Assembly: GCA_937923945.1 (NCBI GenBank)
Contig: CALDWC010000014.1
Location: 435-64,434 of the forward strand
Origin: an uncultured Treponema sp.
GTDB taxonomy: Bacteria; Spirochaetota; Spirochaetia; Treponematales; Treponemataceae
Direction: 5' to 3'
DNA length: 64,000 nucleotides
Of the stretch, positions 43,001 to 52,515 are shown piece after piece (the stretch's first letter is position 1; each line of letters starts with the position of its first letter). Position numbers and translations under genes: made by a program. The notes beneath the pieces are model-generated. The model was not told where the DNA came from. It searched no databases and saw nothing but the letters and a program-made list of their open reading frames with translations.

Positions 43001-43872
43001 TGAACATTGTATACCTGGCGGAAATAGTCGGTAAGTGCGGTATCAGGGCGGTTAAAACCCTGTTACCGAAGCTAAAAATGCAGTACCGCCCCGATTACAT
43101 TATCGCCAATGCAAATTCCGCATCGGGCGCGGGCGGTTTATCCGCACAGCATGCCGGCTATTTGCGCAAGTTAGGTATCCACTGTTTAACCCTCGGTGAT
43201 AATGCTTTTTTGAATACACAAATTTTTGGCGGTGAAAAGACATCGAATTTTTGTGTGCGTCCGGTTAATTTACCGCGAAATACCGCCGGGCTTGGCTATA
43301 AAATTTTTCATCCCGCCGTTAAAAAAGCAGAACAAGCTGATAAAACTACCGAACAAAAAACTGTTACCGGCGATTTAATCGCAGACAACGGTGAAAAAAA
43401 ACAAAAACGGTCAATCGTTCCCGTATCATTGGTGGTGATCAGCCTTTTGGGGCAGTATGGTAAACACCGGCTTGCGGCGAATAGTCCTTTTGATGCGCTT
43501 GACGATGTTGTCCGCCGCTTTGAAGCTTGTCCGGTTGTTGTGGATTATGCTTCATTTTCTACCGCCGAAAAACAGACGCTCGCGTTTTATGCGGACGGAC
43601 GCGTTTCGGCGGTTATCGGTTCCGGCATGAAAGCGGCAACTGCCGATTTTCGGGTTTCAAAAAATGGCACTGCTTTCATCACGGATGCGGGGCGGACGGG
43701 TTCGTTTTTATCAAGCGGCGGGTATGAACCGGCGTCCAAAATACGTGAATTTAAAACCGGCTTAACCGAATATTCGGCTTCGGCTTGGGAAAAGCCTCAG
43801 ATACAGGGCGTTTTTATTCAAACAGCTAAAACTGGATATACCATTCACGGTGAGCGTTTTTCAATTGAATAA
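43000..43872 (+). CDS. YmdB-like metallophosphoesterase (2',3'-cyclic-nucleotide phosphodiesterase family)
   Basis: N-terminus MNIVYLAEIVGKCGIRAVKTLLPKLKMQYRPDYIIANANSASGAGGL...LTLGDNAF is collinear with B. subtilis YmdB (IGDVVG...ING EN...GKG...MGNH). Confidence 0.6.
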   Translation: MNIVYLAEIVGKCGIRAVKTLLPKLKMQYRPDYIIANANSASGAGGLSAQHAGYLRKLGIHCLTLGDNAFLNTQIFGGEKTSNFCVRPVNLPRNTAGLGYKIFHPAVKKAEQADKTTEQKTVTGDLIADNGEKKQKRSIVPVSLVVISLLGQYGKHRLAANSPFDALDDVVRRFEACPVVVDYASFSTAEKQTLAFYADGRVSAVIGSGMKAATADFRVSKNGTAFITDAGRTGSFLSSGGYEPASKIREFKTGLTEYSASAWEKPQIQGVFIQTAKTGYTIHGERFSIE

Positions 43873-43900
43873 AGCGAATCTTTTAAAAAGGCGATAAATT

Positions 43901-44377
43901 ATGGAAAAAAAAGCGCATGTTCTCGCGGTAGTAAAAACGGAAAAAACGGGAACTCAAATTCTCAAAGTAAAACTGGACACGATTGCAACAAAAGCACAGT
44001 GTACGGTTCGCGAAGGGGAGGCATATACTTCCTGTACGGGTTGTGCCGGCTGCTCGCATGGAACGCAAACGGGGCTTTTTGCGGTAAGCGGCGACGAAGT
44101 TTTAGCTTTAAATGAAACGCCGCGTAAAGCAAAAGCGGGTGATACGCTTCTCTTATCTGTTTCGGAAGCCGTACAAAAGCGGGAACTGCTGTTTGCGGTT
44201 TTTCTTCCGCTGATCTTGGCTCTTATAGGCTTTGCCGGCGCATTCAGTATATTCAAAACGGAATTGAGCGGTATTATCGGCGTTTTTATCGGGATAATGC
44301 TCGGCGTTTTAATTTTAACCGTTGCCGGTAAACGAAGCGGAACAGCGAAATTGCCTCGTGTTGAAAAAATCCTATAG
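43901..44377 (+). CDS. RseC/MucC-family protein (SoxR-reducing system RseC-like)
   Basis: Cys-rich N-terminal domain (CTGCAGCSHG) plus two C-terminal TM helices. About 158 aa. Confidence 0.5.
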   Translation: MEKKAHVLAVVKTEKTGTQILKVKLDTIATKAQCTVREGEAYTSCTGCAGCSHGTQTGLFAVSGDEVLALNETPRKAKAGDTLLLSVSEAVQKRELLFAVFLPLILALIGFAGAFSIFKTELSGIIGVFIGIMLGVLILTVAGKRSGTAKLPRVEKIL

Positions 44378-44590
44378 GAAACGCTGATTAAAGGCTTGAC
44401 GCCGTTTACCGGTAACTTTGTGAAGCAAAGTTTTTTGCGAAGCAAAGTATCTCCGTCATTGTTTCTCAATGTTCAGTATAATAAGGTTGGCACTGAAAGG
44501 ACACCTTTTTAAAACTTTTAGTTTTTTGAACGATGACCGTAATTCTCGATTGAATTAATCAGTGCTTCCTAAAGGAAAAGCGCACTGCTA
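44376..44590 (+). repeat. Composite intergenic repeat copy (modules A-B-C) beginning at the RseC stop codon
   Basis: A: TAGGAAACGCTGATTAAAGGCTTGACGCCGTTTACC at 44376-44410. B: TTGTTTCTCAATGTTCAGTATAA at 44459-44481. C: TAATTCTCGATTGAATTAATCAGTGC at 44540-44565. An imperfect GC-rich hairpin plus T8 follows at 44607-44638. Confidence 0.8.
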
Positions 44591-44875
44591 ATTGCTGTTT
44601 TTGGGCGGGCGTATAACAATGCGCCGCCACTTTTTTTTGTACATCGTAGTTACGGCAAAAACGCCGTCTACGGGAAATTGATACATACGCACTACATCAT
44701 AATAATCGGTTACACTGTCAATGTCCTGCTTTATTTTTTGCAGCTCATTTTCGCTCACTACCGGCGATTCCCAACATGCCCGCTGAACGCGTTCAAATCC
44801 ATGTGCCGCCAACACTTCTTGCAAGTTTCGGGAACTTTCATTTCCACCCGGATCAACTACGACCGATACAAACAT
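44588..44875 (-). CDS. Cas2-like / VapD-like small protein (95 aa), solo
   Basis: MFVSVVVDPGG...SRNLQEVLAAHGFERVQRACWES...DSVTDYYDVVRMYQF parallels Cas2 (hydrophobic beta1, R-rich helix, YGxRVQxSVFEC, DSLRxYxL). Own extended -10 (TAGTATAAT) and SD AAGGAG upstream. No cas1 or CRISPR array seen. Confidence 0.4.
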   Translation of the reverse strand: MFVSVVVDPGGNESSRNLQEVLAAHGFERVQRACWESPVVSENELQKIKQDIDSVTDYYDVVRMYQFPVDGVFAVTTMYKKKWRRIVIRPPKNSN

Positions 44876-44974
44876 ATATGCTCCTTTAGATTATGGTTTA
44901 TTATACTAGAGAAGTGAAAAAATTAAAAGAGGGCGCATTAATTAATTTTTAATACAGCGAATGATTGCCGTTTT

Positions 44975-45007
44975 AAAATAAAAAACGCCGCAAAATCGCG
45001 CGGCGTT
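44975..45007 (-). terminator. Rho-independent terminator downstream of pstS (minus strand): AACGCCGC-8nt-GCGGCGTT plus a U-run
   Basis: Perfect 8-bp stem. TTTTATTTT follows on the minus strand. Confidence 0.7.
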
Positions 45008-45041
45008 TCCCTAACGGTTAAAAACTTTTTAGAAGGTGCCT

Positions 45042-45878
45042 TTATTTTTTAACCGGAACGGCACCTGCTTTGGTGATAATATTATTTACTTCCGCAGTTC
45101 CGCTCGTGATGTATTGGAAAAAAGCTCTCGTTGCTTCGGAAGGCAGTTTATCGGTGTTCATCACCAAATTGAACGGGCGCTGCAGTTTATATGAACCGTC
45201 CTGTACGGTTGCTTCCGTCGGGGCAACACCGTTAATTTTTAAGGCTTTTACTCCGGTTTGACCTTCAACGGCTGAAAGGGAAGCATAGCCGATTGCATTT
45301 GCGTTGTTTGCAACGGCAGCAATGACTGCACCGGTTGAAACAAGTTCGCTCGCTAACTTTTGTTTGCCCTTGGTGTTTGTGATGCTGTCAAACGCATCGC
45401 GGGTACCGCTTCCGGCTTCGCGACCGACGCAGGAAATTGCAAGGTCGGCACCGCCGAGTTGTTTCCAGTTGGTGATTTTTCCGATGTAAATATCGGCAAG
45501 CTGCTCCAGAGTAATGCTGTCAACGTTATTATCTTTGTGGACAACCATCGCGATTCCGTCGAGTGCCAAAACCGTCCCTTTTAATCCTTTCGCAATCTCC
45601 CCGTCTTTTAAATTGCGGGAAGCTAAACCGATGTCTGCGGTTCCTGCCGCAGCATTTTCAATGCCGGTACCGGAACCGGTCGGGTTATAAGTTACGTTTA
45701 CTCCGGGAGCTTTTTCCTTGAAGCTTTCAATCAAGCTCATAATAACTTTTTGCATCGACGTTGAACCGTCCGTTGCAACCGTTCCCGACAACTTTGCTAC
45801 GTCTTCTGCACTTCCCATGGCAAAAAGCCCCAAACACATCATCGATAAAAACAAACCTGAAATGATTTTTTTCATCAT
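45042..45878 (-). CDS. pstS: Phosphate ABC transporter substrate-binding protein PstS family, orphan. Start at the ATG at 45878; the annotated start at 45911 is TTG
   Basis: Signal peptide MMKKIISGLFLSMMCLGLFAMGS. PBP motifs TGSGTG, SRNLKDGE, GSGTRDAF. SD AAGGAG lies 4 nt upstream. No pstCAB nearby. Confidence 0.8.
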   Translation of the reverse strand: MMKKIISGLFLSMMCLGLFAMGSAEDVAKLSGTVATDGSTSMQKVIMSLIESFKEKAPGVNVTYNPTGSGTGIENAAAGTADIGLASRNLKDGEIAKGLKGTVLALDGIAMVVHKDNNVDSITLEQLADIYIGKITNWKQLGGADLAISCVGREAGSGTRDAFDSITNTKGKQKLASELVSTGAVIAAVANNANAIGYASLSAVEGQTGVKALKINGVAPTEATVQDGSYKLQRPFNLVMNTDKLPSEATRAFFQYITSGTAEVNNIITKAGAVPVKK

Positions 45879-46191
45879 AGTTCTCCTTCGGACGAATTTA
45901 CGTCCTGTCAATATGGTATTTGCCGTGTAGCGTTACTGCATCGGCTGAACACCTCATAATCTGTAACGGTTATAATAAAAAGAAAAAATGTTGTCAACGT
46001 TTTTCCGCTTATTTTACTCATAATTTACAAACATTTTACAATTAAATATGAAGTTCTCTTTCGAGTGATTATTTCAAAGAGGTTGGAGAGACTGAACTTA
46101 TTTTATGTGATAATCCAACACTAGCAAACAAAGCTAAAAAAGTATATACTATAATAAATGACTCGAAATCGTAACGTTTTTGCGATAACGA

Positions 46192-48294
46192 TTGCATACA
46201 GTGGGAAATACAATGGAAGATAAAAATGTAGAACGTATTATGGAATGGAGGAAAGCAATTTTGAAATTGCCTGACCAGAAGTTTTTTGATCTGATGACTT
46301 TTTATCTCGGTGAAATAAAAACTCCATTTAATAAACAAAATCTTATCGATGATTTAAGTGCGTTTCTTCGCAAAGAAGAAGTGCAGAAAAAAATTTTTTT
46401 ACGTATCAACAGTTCGGAGCTCTTTGTTATCGCATGTATGCTGCTTTTACCGCAAACAACATTTGAGTTTTTGCAAAAACTGTTTAAAACCGATTGTAAT
46501 CATTATCAGTTGCAAGAGCTTCTTGCTAATTTGGAAAAACGACTCATTATTTTTACCCAACAAAAAAACGGTGAAGAAGTATACACGGTGAATCCGTATT
46601 TACGCAAAAAGTTTGAACCGTTTGCTTCGCTGAAAACTTTTTTAGTTCCGGTGTGTAAAGCGGAAAAAACGTCTTCGCCGAATTTGCTGAACAGTATCAC
46701 GATTCTTTCCGCGTATTCGTTTTTTTTGCACAATCCGAATTGTGTAAAGCTCAACGGTGAGCTGCGTAAAAAGGTCTTTGAGCGGGTCGAGCATATTTTT
46801 GTTTTATACCGTGATAATTTAGTTGCATTTAATTATTTGCTGCGCGCTTTTTTGAATTTAAATTTATTTACGAATAGCGATAAAGGTTTACAGGAAAATG
46901 AAACGATGTGGGAAAAATTTTTGCATCTTTCGTTATTTGAAATTCAATGTTATATCGTGGTTGCGGCGAGCGGAAATTATACGGAAAAGTATTTAAATTT
47001 GTTTGCGAAAACCTTTGCCGATTTTTTTCTCCATTTGAATGCGGATTATGCGTATGAAATACATGACTTGGAAAAAACGTTTTTGTTGCTGCAGGAAAAT
47101 TTAAACATCGCATTTGCGGGACACGAAATCTATGCACCGGACAATAATGAGCATGAAGTGTTTTTTCAAAGCAGTGAGCTGAAAAAAACAATTGTTCAGC
47201 TTGCGCGGATGTTCGGTTTGCTCGTCGGTGATAACGAAAAAGTAACGGTAAATGCTCATTTAAATGAAGCGGATTCTACAAATACGATGTTGGTATCGCC
47301 TTCATTTGAAGTGACGATTTTTCCGTCAAACAACTTTGAAACTTTATTGCCGCTTGCAGCAGCTCTTTTACCGACTTCGGTACAAACAACGGCAGTGTTC
47401 GAGTTGAGCAGAAAAACGTGCGGGCTTTTTTTTGAACGTAAGGGCAATGACAAAACTTTGCGGGATATTTTTTTGAAAAATATTACCGGAAGTTTACCGC
47501 AGAATATTGATATTTCGTTGCAGCAATGGTACCAAAATTTTTCCGCCGTGAAATTATATTCCGGGGTGATTGCCGTTGTTACAAAAGAAAAAAGTGCTTT
47601 GTTTGAAAAAGAAATGCCGTTGTATAATCTCGTGGAGCAAAAACTTGCCGATAACGTTTTTATGCTGCGGTTGACAAATATTGATGACATAAAAGAAACG
47701 CTCGAAAGTGCGGGGCTTGAGTGTCTCGTTGAAAAAGCACAAACCGGTTTTAAGCCGGTGATGTCTCGTAATTTAAAAAGTTTTGATTGTATGGGAGCAA
47801 ACCTGCCGGTTTTAGATTTCGGTAAGTCGAGAACGCATAAAGCTCTTCTTTTGAAAAACGAAGTTCTTGATAAAAAAAAGGCTGAAATGGAATATGTTGA
47901 TAGAGAAAATAAAGAATTGCTTGCAAAAGTTGAGCATTTGAAATTAGAAAGAAGTGAAAAAGATTTTTTGAACGAACAAATCCGGCGCAATATTATTTTT
48001 GACGAAAAACAAATTACGGCAACCAATATCAAGTTTGACGCAGTGCAGGTTTCGGCTTTGGATTATTCGGCAAAAGTGCGGCTTTGCGAAAGTGCCGTGC
48101 AGCAAAGTAAAAAGCTGGAAATTACCGTTGAATCGCGCGGCTCGCATAAAACATTTTACTGCACGCCGCTTGAAGTAAAAAAATCACCGGAAAAAGATAT
48201 TCTCAGGTTGATAATGCAACATGATGAAAAAATACGATCATTGGATATTTCCAAAATTGCAAAAATCAAAATAGTAAAGGATGCTATTTTTTAA
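46192..48294 (+). CDS. Hypothetical 700-aa protein, mostly helical/Leu-Phe rich with a C-terminal coiled-coil segment. No motif recognised
   Basis: Long uninterrupted ORF, whereas the antisense ORF is low-complexity. Lies between the two A-B-C repeat copies and immediately upstream of rarA. Confidence 0.6.
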   Translation: MHTVGNTMEDKNVERIMEWRKAILKLPDQKFFDLMTFYLGEIKTPFNKQNLIDDLSAFLRKEEVQKKIFLRINSSELFVIACMLLLPQTTFEFLQKLFKTDCNHYQLQELLANLEKRLIIFTQQKNGEEVYTVNPYLRKKFEPFASLKTFLVPVCKAEKTSSPNLLNSITILSAYSFFLHNPNCVKLNGELRKKVFERVEHIFVLYRDNLVAFNYLLRAFLNLNLFTNSDKGLQENETMWEKFLHLSLFEIQCYIVVAASGNYTEKYLNLFAKTFADFFLHLNADYAYEIHDLEKTFLLLQENLNIAFAGHEIYAPDNNEHEVFFQSSELKKTIVQLARMFGLLVGDNEKVTVNAHLNEADSTNTMLVSPSFEVTIFPSNNFETLLPLAAALLPTSVQTTAVFELSRKTCGLFFERKGNDKTLRDIFLKNITGSLPQNIDISLQQWYQNFSAVKLYSGVIAVVTKEKSALFEKEMPLYNLVEQKLADNVFMLRLTNIDDIKETLESAGLECLVEKAQTGFKPVMSRNLKSFDCMGANLPVLDFGKSRTHKALLLKNEVLDKKKAEMEYVDRENKELLAKVEHLKLERSEKDFLNEQIRRNIIFDEKQITATNIKFDAVQVSALDYSAKVRLCESAVQQSKKLEITVESRGSHKTFYCTPLEVKKSPEKDILRLIMQHDEKIRSLDISKIAKIKIVKDAIF

Positions 48295-48301
48295 TGTCGG
48301 C

Positions 48302-48460
48302 ACTAGGAAACGCTGATTAAAGGCTTGACGCCGTTTAACATCGTTTCATAATTGTTTCTCAATGTTCAGTATAAGTTGCTCTGAACATTTTTGAAACAAC
48401 AGATTTTAAATGTGTGTAGTGATTAATTCTCGATTGAATTAATCACTACCTCCAATAGGA
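48302..48460 (+). repeat. Composite intergenic repeat copy (modules A-B-C) between the 700-aa gene and rarA
   Basis: A at 48304-48347, B at 48353-48375 with the hairpin AATGTTCAG-11nt-CTGAACATT plus T5, C at 48423-48445. Confidence 0.8.
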
Positions 48461-48467
48461 TACCAGC

Positions 48468-50660
48468 GTGAGTGATATATTATTTGAAACGAATAAAACA
48501 ATCAACGCGCCGCTTGCCGATCGCATGAGGCCGAAAACGCTCGACGAATATATCGGACAAGAAGCGATAATCGGAAAGGGGCGTCTTTTGCGGCGAGCGA
48601 TTAAGTCGGATAGACTTTCGTCGATTATTTTATACGGACCGCCGGGGACGGGGAAAACGACGCTTGCAAAAATTATTGCGAATCATACGAAGAGTAACTT
48701 TCAAAGTTTGAACGCCGTCCTCGCCGGTATTCAGCAAATCCGCGATGCGATCAAAACGGCTGAAGAAAATAAACGACTCTATGATCGAAAAACAATCTTG
48801 TTTGTTGACGAAGTGCATCGCTGGAATAAGTCGCAGCAGGATGCGCTGTTGCCTTGGGTAGAAAACGGTACGGTGATTTTTATCGGGGCAACGACGGAAA
48901 ATCCTTTTTTTGAAGTGAATAAAGCGCTTGTCAGTCGGAGCCGTGTTTTTAAGTTGGAGCTTTTAACCGAAGCCGATTTAATGCGGGTTGCCCAAGCGGC
49001 GCTGACAAATACGGAAAACGGGTACGGTGCATGGCAAGTAAGCTTTGAAGAAGGGGCGTTGGAGCATTTGGTGAAAACTGCGGCAGGCGATGCCCGCAGT
49101 TTATTGAATGCCTTGGAGCTTGCCGTTGAAACAACACCTGAAAATTGGCCGCTGCCTTCCGGTGAAAAAATATTTATTTCCAAAGAAGTATGCGAAGAAA
49201 GCATTCAGCAAAAGGTTGTGCTGTACGATGCGGACGGCGATTATCACTATGATGTTATCAGTGCGTTTATTAAATCAATTCGAGGAAGCGATGTTGATGC
49301 GGCGTTATACTGGCTGGCAAAAATGGTTACTGCAGGCGAGTCGCCTCATTTTATTTTCCGCCGTCTTTTAATTTCCGCCTGCGAAGATATCGGTATGGCG
49401 AATCCGCACGCCGTTTCGGTGGTTGCATCGTGTTTGCAAGCCTTCGATACGGTCGGATTGCCGGAAGGTCAGTATCACCTTGCACACGCGACTATTTACC
49501 TTGCAACGTCGCCGAAGTCAAACAGCGCACTCGGCTTTTTTGATGCGGTTGCAACGGTGCGGGCGGAAACGACCGAAGTGCCGCGCCATTTACGTGACGC
49601 TAATCGGGATAAAGCGTTAGGTGACGGTGCGGGTTATTTATATCCGCACCAGTACCGCGATCATTGGGTTGCACAACAATATTTGCCGGATAGTTTAGTC
49701 GGAAAAATTTTTTATAAACCGAGTTCCGTCGGCTACGAAAAAGAAATCGCCCGCGATGTGTTGGGAAAACGCGAAGCGCAGCTTGCCGACTTTTTGGAGC
49801 GGACGGGTGGAACGACGAATACGCCTTTTGCCAGCGGAGCCGATGCTGTGCATAAAAATGCCGAATTTTTTTTCAACAGCACGGAGTCGAACCGCAAGGA
49901 AATTTTGCAGGCGGTGAAGCAGTATATTATTCAGGAAGCGGCATTGCAAAGTTCTTCGCGGGTTTTTATTTACAAGGCTGACAATAATTTACTCCTTTGG
50001 GAAATAAACCGAATGACTTCCGATGCGATAACGTGCGGATTGTGCAAAACCGAAAAGGCAAAAACCGTACTGGAAAAATACGCGGAAAGTTTGGATGATT
50101 TTCAAAAGCCTTTTTTGCAAGTTGCAGAAAGTGCCGATTTTTCCGATTACGAATTTGATGTGGGTGTTGCGTACTTTTCGTACACGGATGAACGCGAAGT
50201 GATCGATTTTTTTGATTATGTAAAAAAGTATGGACACAGCGGATGTCGTATTATTTTTGCCGTGCAGAATTTACAAAAAGGATTGCGCTTGGCGGAAGTG
50301 TTGCCGCTCGGCAAAACACCGCTTGATACAACGCTCGCTGAAAATTTCCGCAGTGCGGAGCAGGAGTTTTTTACACAAAAATTTTCATTCGGGAAAGATG
50401 CAATTTTAAAAACAGCCGAGCGGTGCGGGTATCCGCTTCAGTGTACCGTACAGGAGATGATTGAAAAACGTGCCGTTGATGAATCCGAAATTACATTGTG
50501 GTTTTCCGATAAAAGCGAATACGGACGGGCAATGGAAGCCCGTTTTGATGAAAACGATTTTCAGCGTATACGGGACGGAATTTGTGCGGCAGTGCGTGTT
50601 CATCGGGACGTAACGTACCGAACGGAAATGCTGTTTTTTTCCGCTGTGCAGTCGTCTTAA
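48468..50660 (+). CDS. rarA: Replication-associated recombination protein A (RarA/MgsA AAA+ ATPase) with a ~290-aa C-terminal extension (GTG start)
   Basis: Walker A LYGPPGTGKTT, Walker B LFVDEVHRWNK, sensor GATTENP, RarA C-terminal helical domain (ISAFIKSIRGSDVDAALYWLAKMV). Total 730 aa versus ~440 for a typical RarA. Confidence 0.85.
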   Translation: MSDILFETNKTINAPLADRMRPKTLDEYIGQEAIIGKGRLLRRAIKSDRLSSIILYGPPGTGKTTLAKIIANHTKSNFQSLNAVLAGIQQIRDAIKTAEENKRLYDRKTILFVDEVHRWNKSQQDALLPWVENGTVIFIGATTENPFFEVNKALVSRSRVFKLELLTEADLMRVAQAALTNTENGYGAWQVSFEEGALEHLVKTAAGDARSLLNALELAVETTPENWPLPSGEKIFISKEVCEESIQQKVVLYDADGDYHYDVISAFIKSIRGSDVDAALYWLAKMVTAGESPHFIFRRLLISACEDIGMANPHAVSVVASCLQAFDTVGLPEGQYHLAHATIYLATSPKSNSALGFFDAVATVRAETTEVPRHLRDANRDKALGDGAGYLYPHQYRDHWVAQQYLPDSLVGKIFYKPSSVGYEKEIARDVLGKREAQLADFLERTGGTTNTPFASGADAVHKNAEFFFNSTESNRKEILQAVKQYIIQEAALQSSSRVFIYKADNNLLLWEINRMTSDAITCGLCKTEKAKTVLEKYAESLDDFQKPFLQVAESADFSDYEFDVGVAYFSYTDEREVIDFFDYVKKYGHSGCRIIFAVQNLQKGLRLAEVLPLGKTPLDTTLAENFRSAEQEFFTQKFSFGKDAILKTAERCGYPLQCTVQEMIEKRAVDESEITLWFSDKSEYGRAMEARFDENDFQRIRDGICAAVRVHRDVTYRTEMLFFSAVQSS

Positions 50661-50700
50661 AAAAAATTAAAAAAAACCGATATTGTGAGGAGAGGTTCCT

Positions 50701-51498
50701 ATGTCTTTGGGAAATGTATATACGTATTATGTGTCGCCGGTATTGGATATTATTTTTTTAACGGTGATTTTTTATTTGCTGTATCGCGTTTTGGCAAAAA
50801 CGCAAGCTGCCCAACTGCTGCGCGGACTTTTCGTGCTACTTTTTGTGTACGCGATTGCATTTGTGTTCCGCTTAAATACCGTATTGTGGATTTTAAATAC
50901 GGTGGCACCGAGTTTGCTGATCGGGGTTGTGATTTTGTTTCAACCGGAGCTTCGTAAAATTTTTTTGAAAATGGGACAGCGCGAATGGTTTGCTTCCGGC
51001 GGCAGTTCGCGCTTTTCGCAGATTGATGCGATTATGAATGCGGCGATGATTATGTCGGCAAAACGCCGCGGTATGCTGGTGGTGTTTGTACGGAAAAGCG
51101 ATATGTCGGAAGTGATGGCAACGGGAACTCGCGTCAATGCCGATATTTCTTCCAGCATTTTTCAAACAATTTTTGAATTTGATACGGCACTCCATGATGG
51201 TGCCGCTATCGTGCAAAACGGAAGATTGATGATGGCCGGCTGCGTGTTAAAACTTTCCGAGCAGCAGGATATTTCCAAGAGTTTTGGGACGAGGCACCGT
51301 GCCGCGTTGGGAACGGCTGAAACCAGCGATGCGGTTGTTTTGGTGGTTTCGGAAGAAAGCGGGGCGTTGAGCTTGGCGTATGACAGTAAGCTCTATTATG
51401 ATTTGGAGCCTTCGGTGATTACCGCCCGTTTGGAAGTTTTGCTCGGCGTAAAATCCGCGGTACGGGACAATGAATACAGCGAGGTTAAAAGCGAATGA
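50701..51498 (+). CDS. cdaA: Diadenylate cyclase CdaA (membrane-anchored DAC domain)
   Basis: Three N-terminal TM helices. DAC-domain motifs LHDGAAIV and GTRHRAALG. Confidence 0.85.
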   Translation: MSLGNVYTYYVSPVLDIIFLTVIFYLLYRVLAKTQAAQLLRGLFVLLFVYAIAFVFRLNTVLWILNTVAPSLLIGVVILFQPELRKIFLKMGQREWFASGGSSRFSQIDAIMNAAMIMSAKRRGMLVVFVRKSDMSEVMATGTRVNADISSSIFQTIFEFDTALHDGAAIVQNGRLMMAGCVLKLSEQQDISKSFGTRHRAALGTAETSDAVVLVVSEESGALSLAYDSKLYYDLEPSVITARLEVLLGVKSAVRDNEYSEVKSE

Positions 51499-52508
51499 GT
51501 GATTCTAAAAAAAACGCTAAAGAAGTTTTTGATTTTTTATTGCAGGATATGCCGATAAAAATTATGTGTTTGGCATTTGCCTTTATTTTGTTTTTGTTTT
51601 ATCAGCGAAGCACATTAGGGAAACGCTATTTTTCGGTGCCGCTCATCGTTGAAAATACGAGCGAGCTGGTTGCCGCTTCAAATTATCCGCATACGGTGAA
51701 AGTTACCTTGTGGGGAGATGCTTTAAATATTGCTGCGGTGAAAGAATCTGATATTGAAGTGTATCTGGATTTAAATTCTTATATGGGAGCGGGCAATTTT
51801 AAAGTGCCGGTGAAAACGCGTATTAACGGAACAGCATTGAATATTGAGCCGCTTGATATTTCGATTGAACCGAAGACGGTTGAGCTACGACTTGAAGAAA
51901 GTGCGTCAAAACGGGTGCCGGTGTATCTTGCGTTAAAAGGTTCTTCGGCACGCAGTTATGAAATTTCTCAAACGACGGTTGATCCCGCCACGGTTGAAGT
52001 GCGCGGTCCGAAATCAATAATCGAAAAAATTGAAACCGTTTCAACGGAAGCGATTTTGCTGGAAAATCGGAATAGAGGTTTTTCCGGCAGTGCAAATTTA
52101 GTTAATGCTAATCCGTTGGTAACCATCAGCGGTTCCGGAAAAGTCGATTATCGGGTGAACATTGCGGTTAAAATCATCAACAAGGATTTTAAAAATATTG
52201 CGGTTGATATTAAAAATTTAAATCCTGATTTAAAAATAATTTCTCCGCCTGCGATGGTGTTGGTAACACTTTCGGGTGCGGAAAACATTTTGGAAAATTT
52301 TACCGTACCTGCCGGTTTTATCGGTGTTGACTGTTCCGCAATCACCGAACCCGGTGATTATAATTTGAAAGTGCAATTAAATATTCCTGAAGGGCTGACG
52401 GCGAAAACAATTTTTCCCGACACCATTGCACTGCAAGTCGGCATAGCTGAAGACGATGAAAAACTTAAGGAGACGATTTTAACGAAAAACGAAACCGAGT
52501 TGGAGTAG
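51495..52508 (+). CDS. cdaR: CdaR / YbbR-like domain regulator of CdaA
   Basis: N-terminal TM plus repeated YbbR-like beta domains. Translationally coupled to cdaA. Confidence 0.6.
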   Translation: MSDSKKNAKEVFDFLLQDMPIKIMCLAFAFILFLFYQRSTLGKRYFSVPLIVENTSELVAASNYPHTVKVTLWGDALNIAAVKESDIEVYLDLNSYMGAGNFKVPVKTRINGTALNIEPLDISIEPKTVELRLEESASKRVPVYLALKGSSARSYEISQTTVDPATVEVRGPKSIIEKIETVSTEAILLENRNRGFSGSANLVNANPLVTISGSGKVDYRVNIAVKIINKDFKNIAVDIKNLNPDLKIISPPAMVLVTLSGAENILENFTVPAGFIGVDCSAITEPGDYNLKVQLNIPEGLTAKTIFPDTIALQVGIAEDDEKLKETILTKNETELE

Positions 52509-52515
52509 GAAATGT

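Noticed and set aside
44588-45041. Looked for a CRISPR array or cas1 next to the Cas2-like gene
   Set aside because: The flanking 165 bp and the surrounding kilobases contain no regularly spaced direct repeats and no Cas1-like ORF. The only repeats nearby are the A-B-C intergenic elements, which are not CRISPR-like.
45879-46191. Searched for a Pho box in the pstS promoter
   Set aside because: CTGTAAC/TGTCAAC-like words are present but not in the 7+4+7 spacing of a Pho box. Spirochaete PhoB sites are not defined well enough to call.
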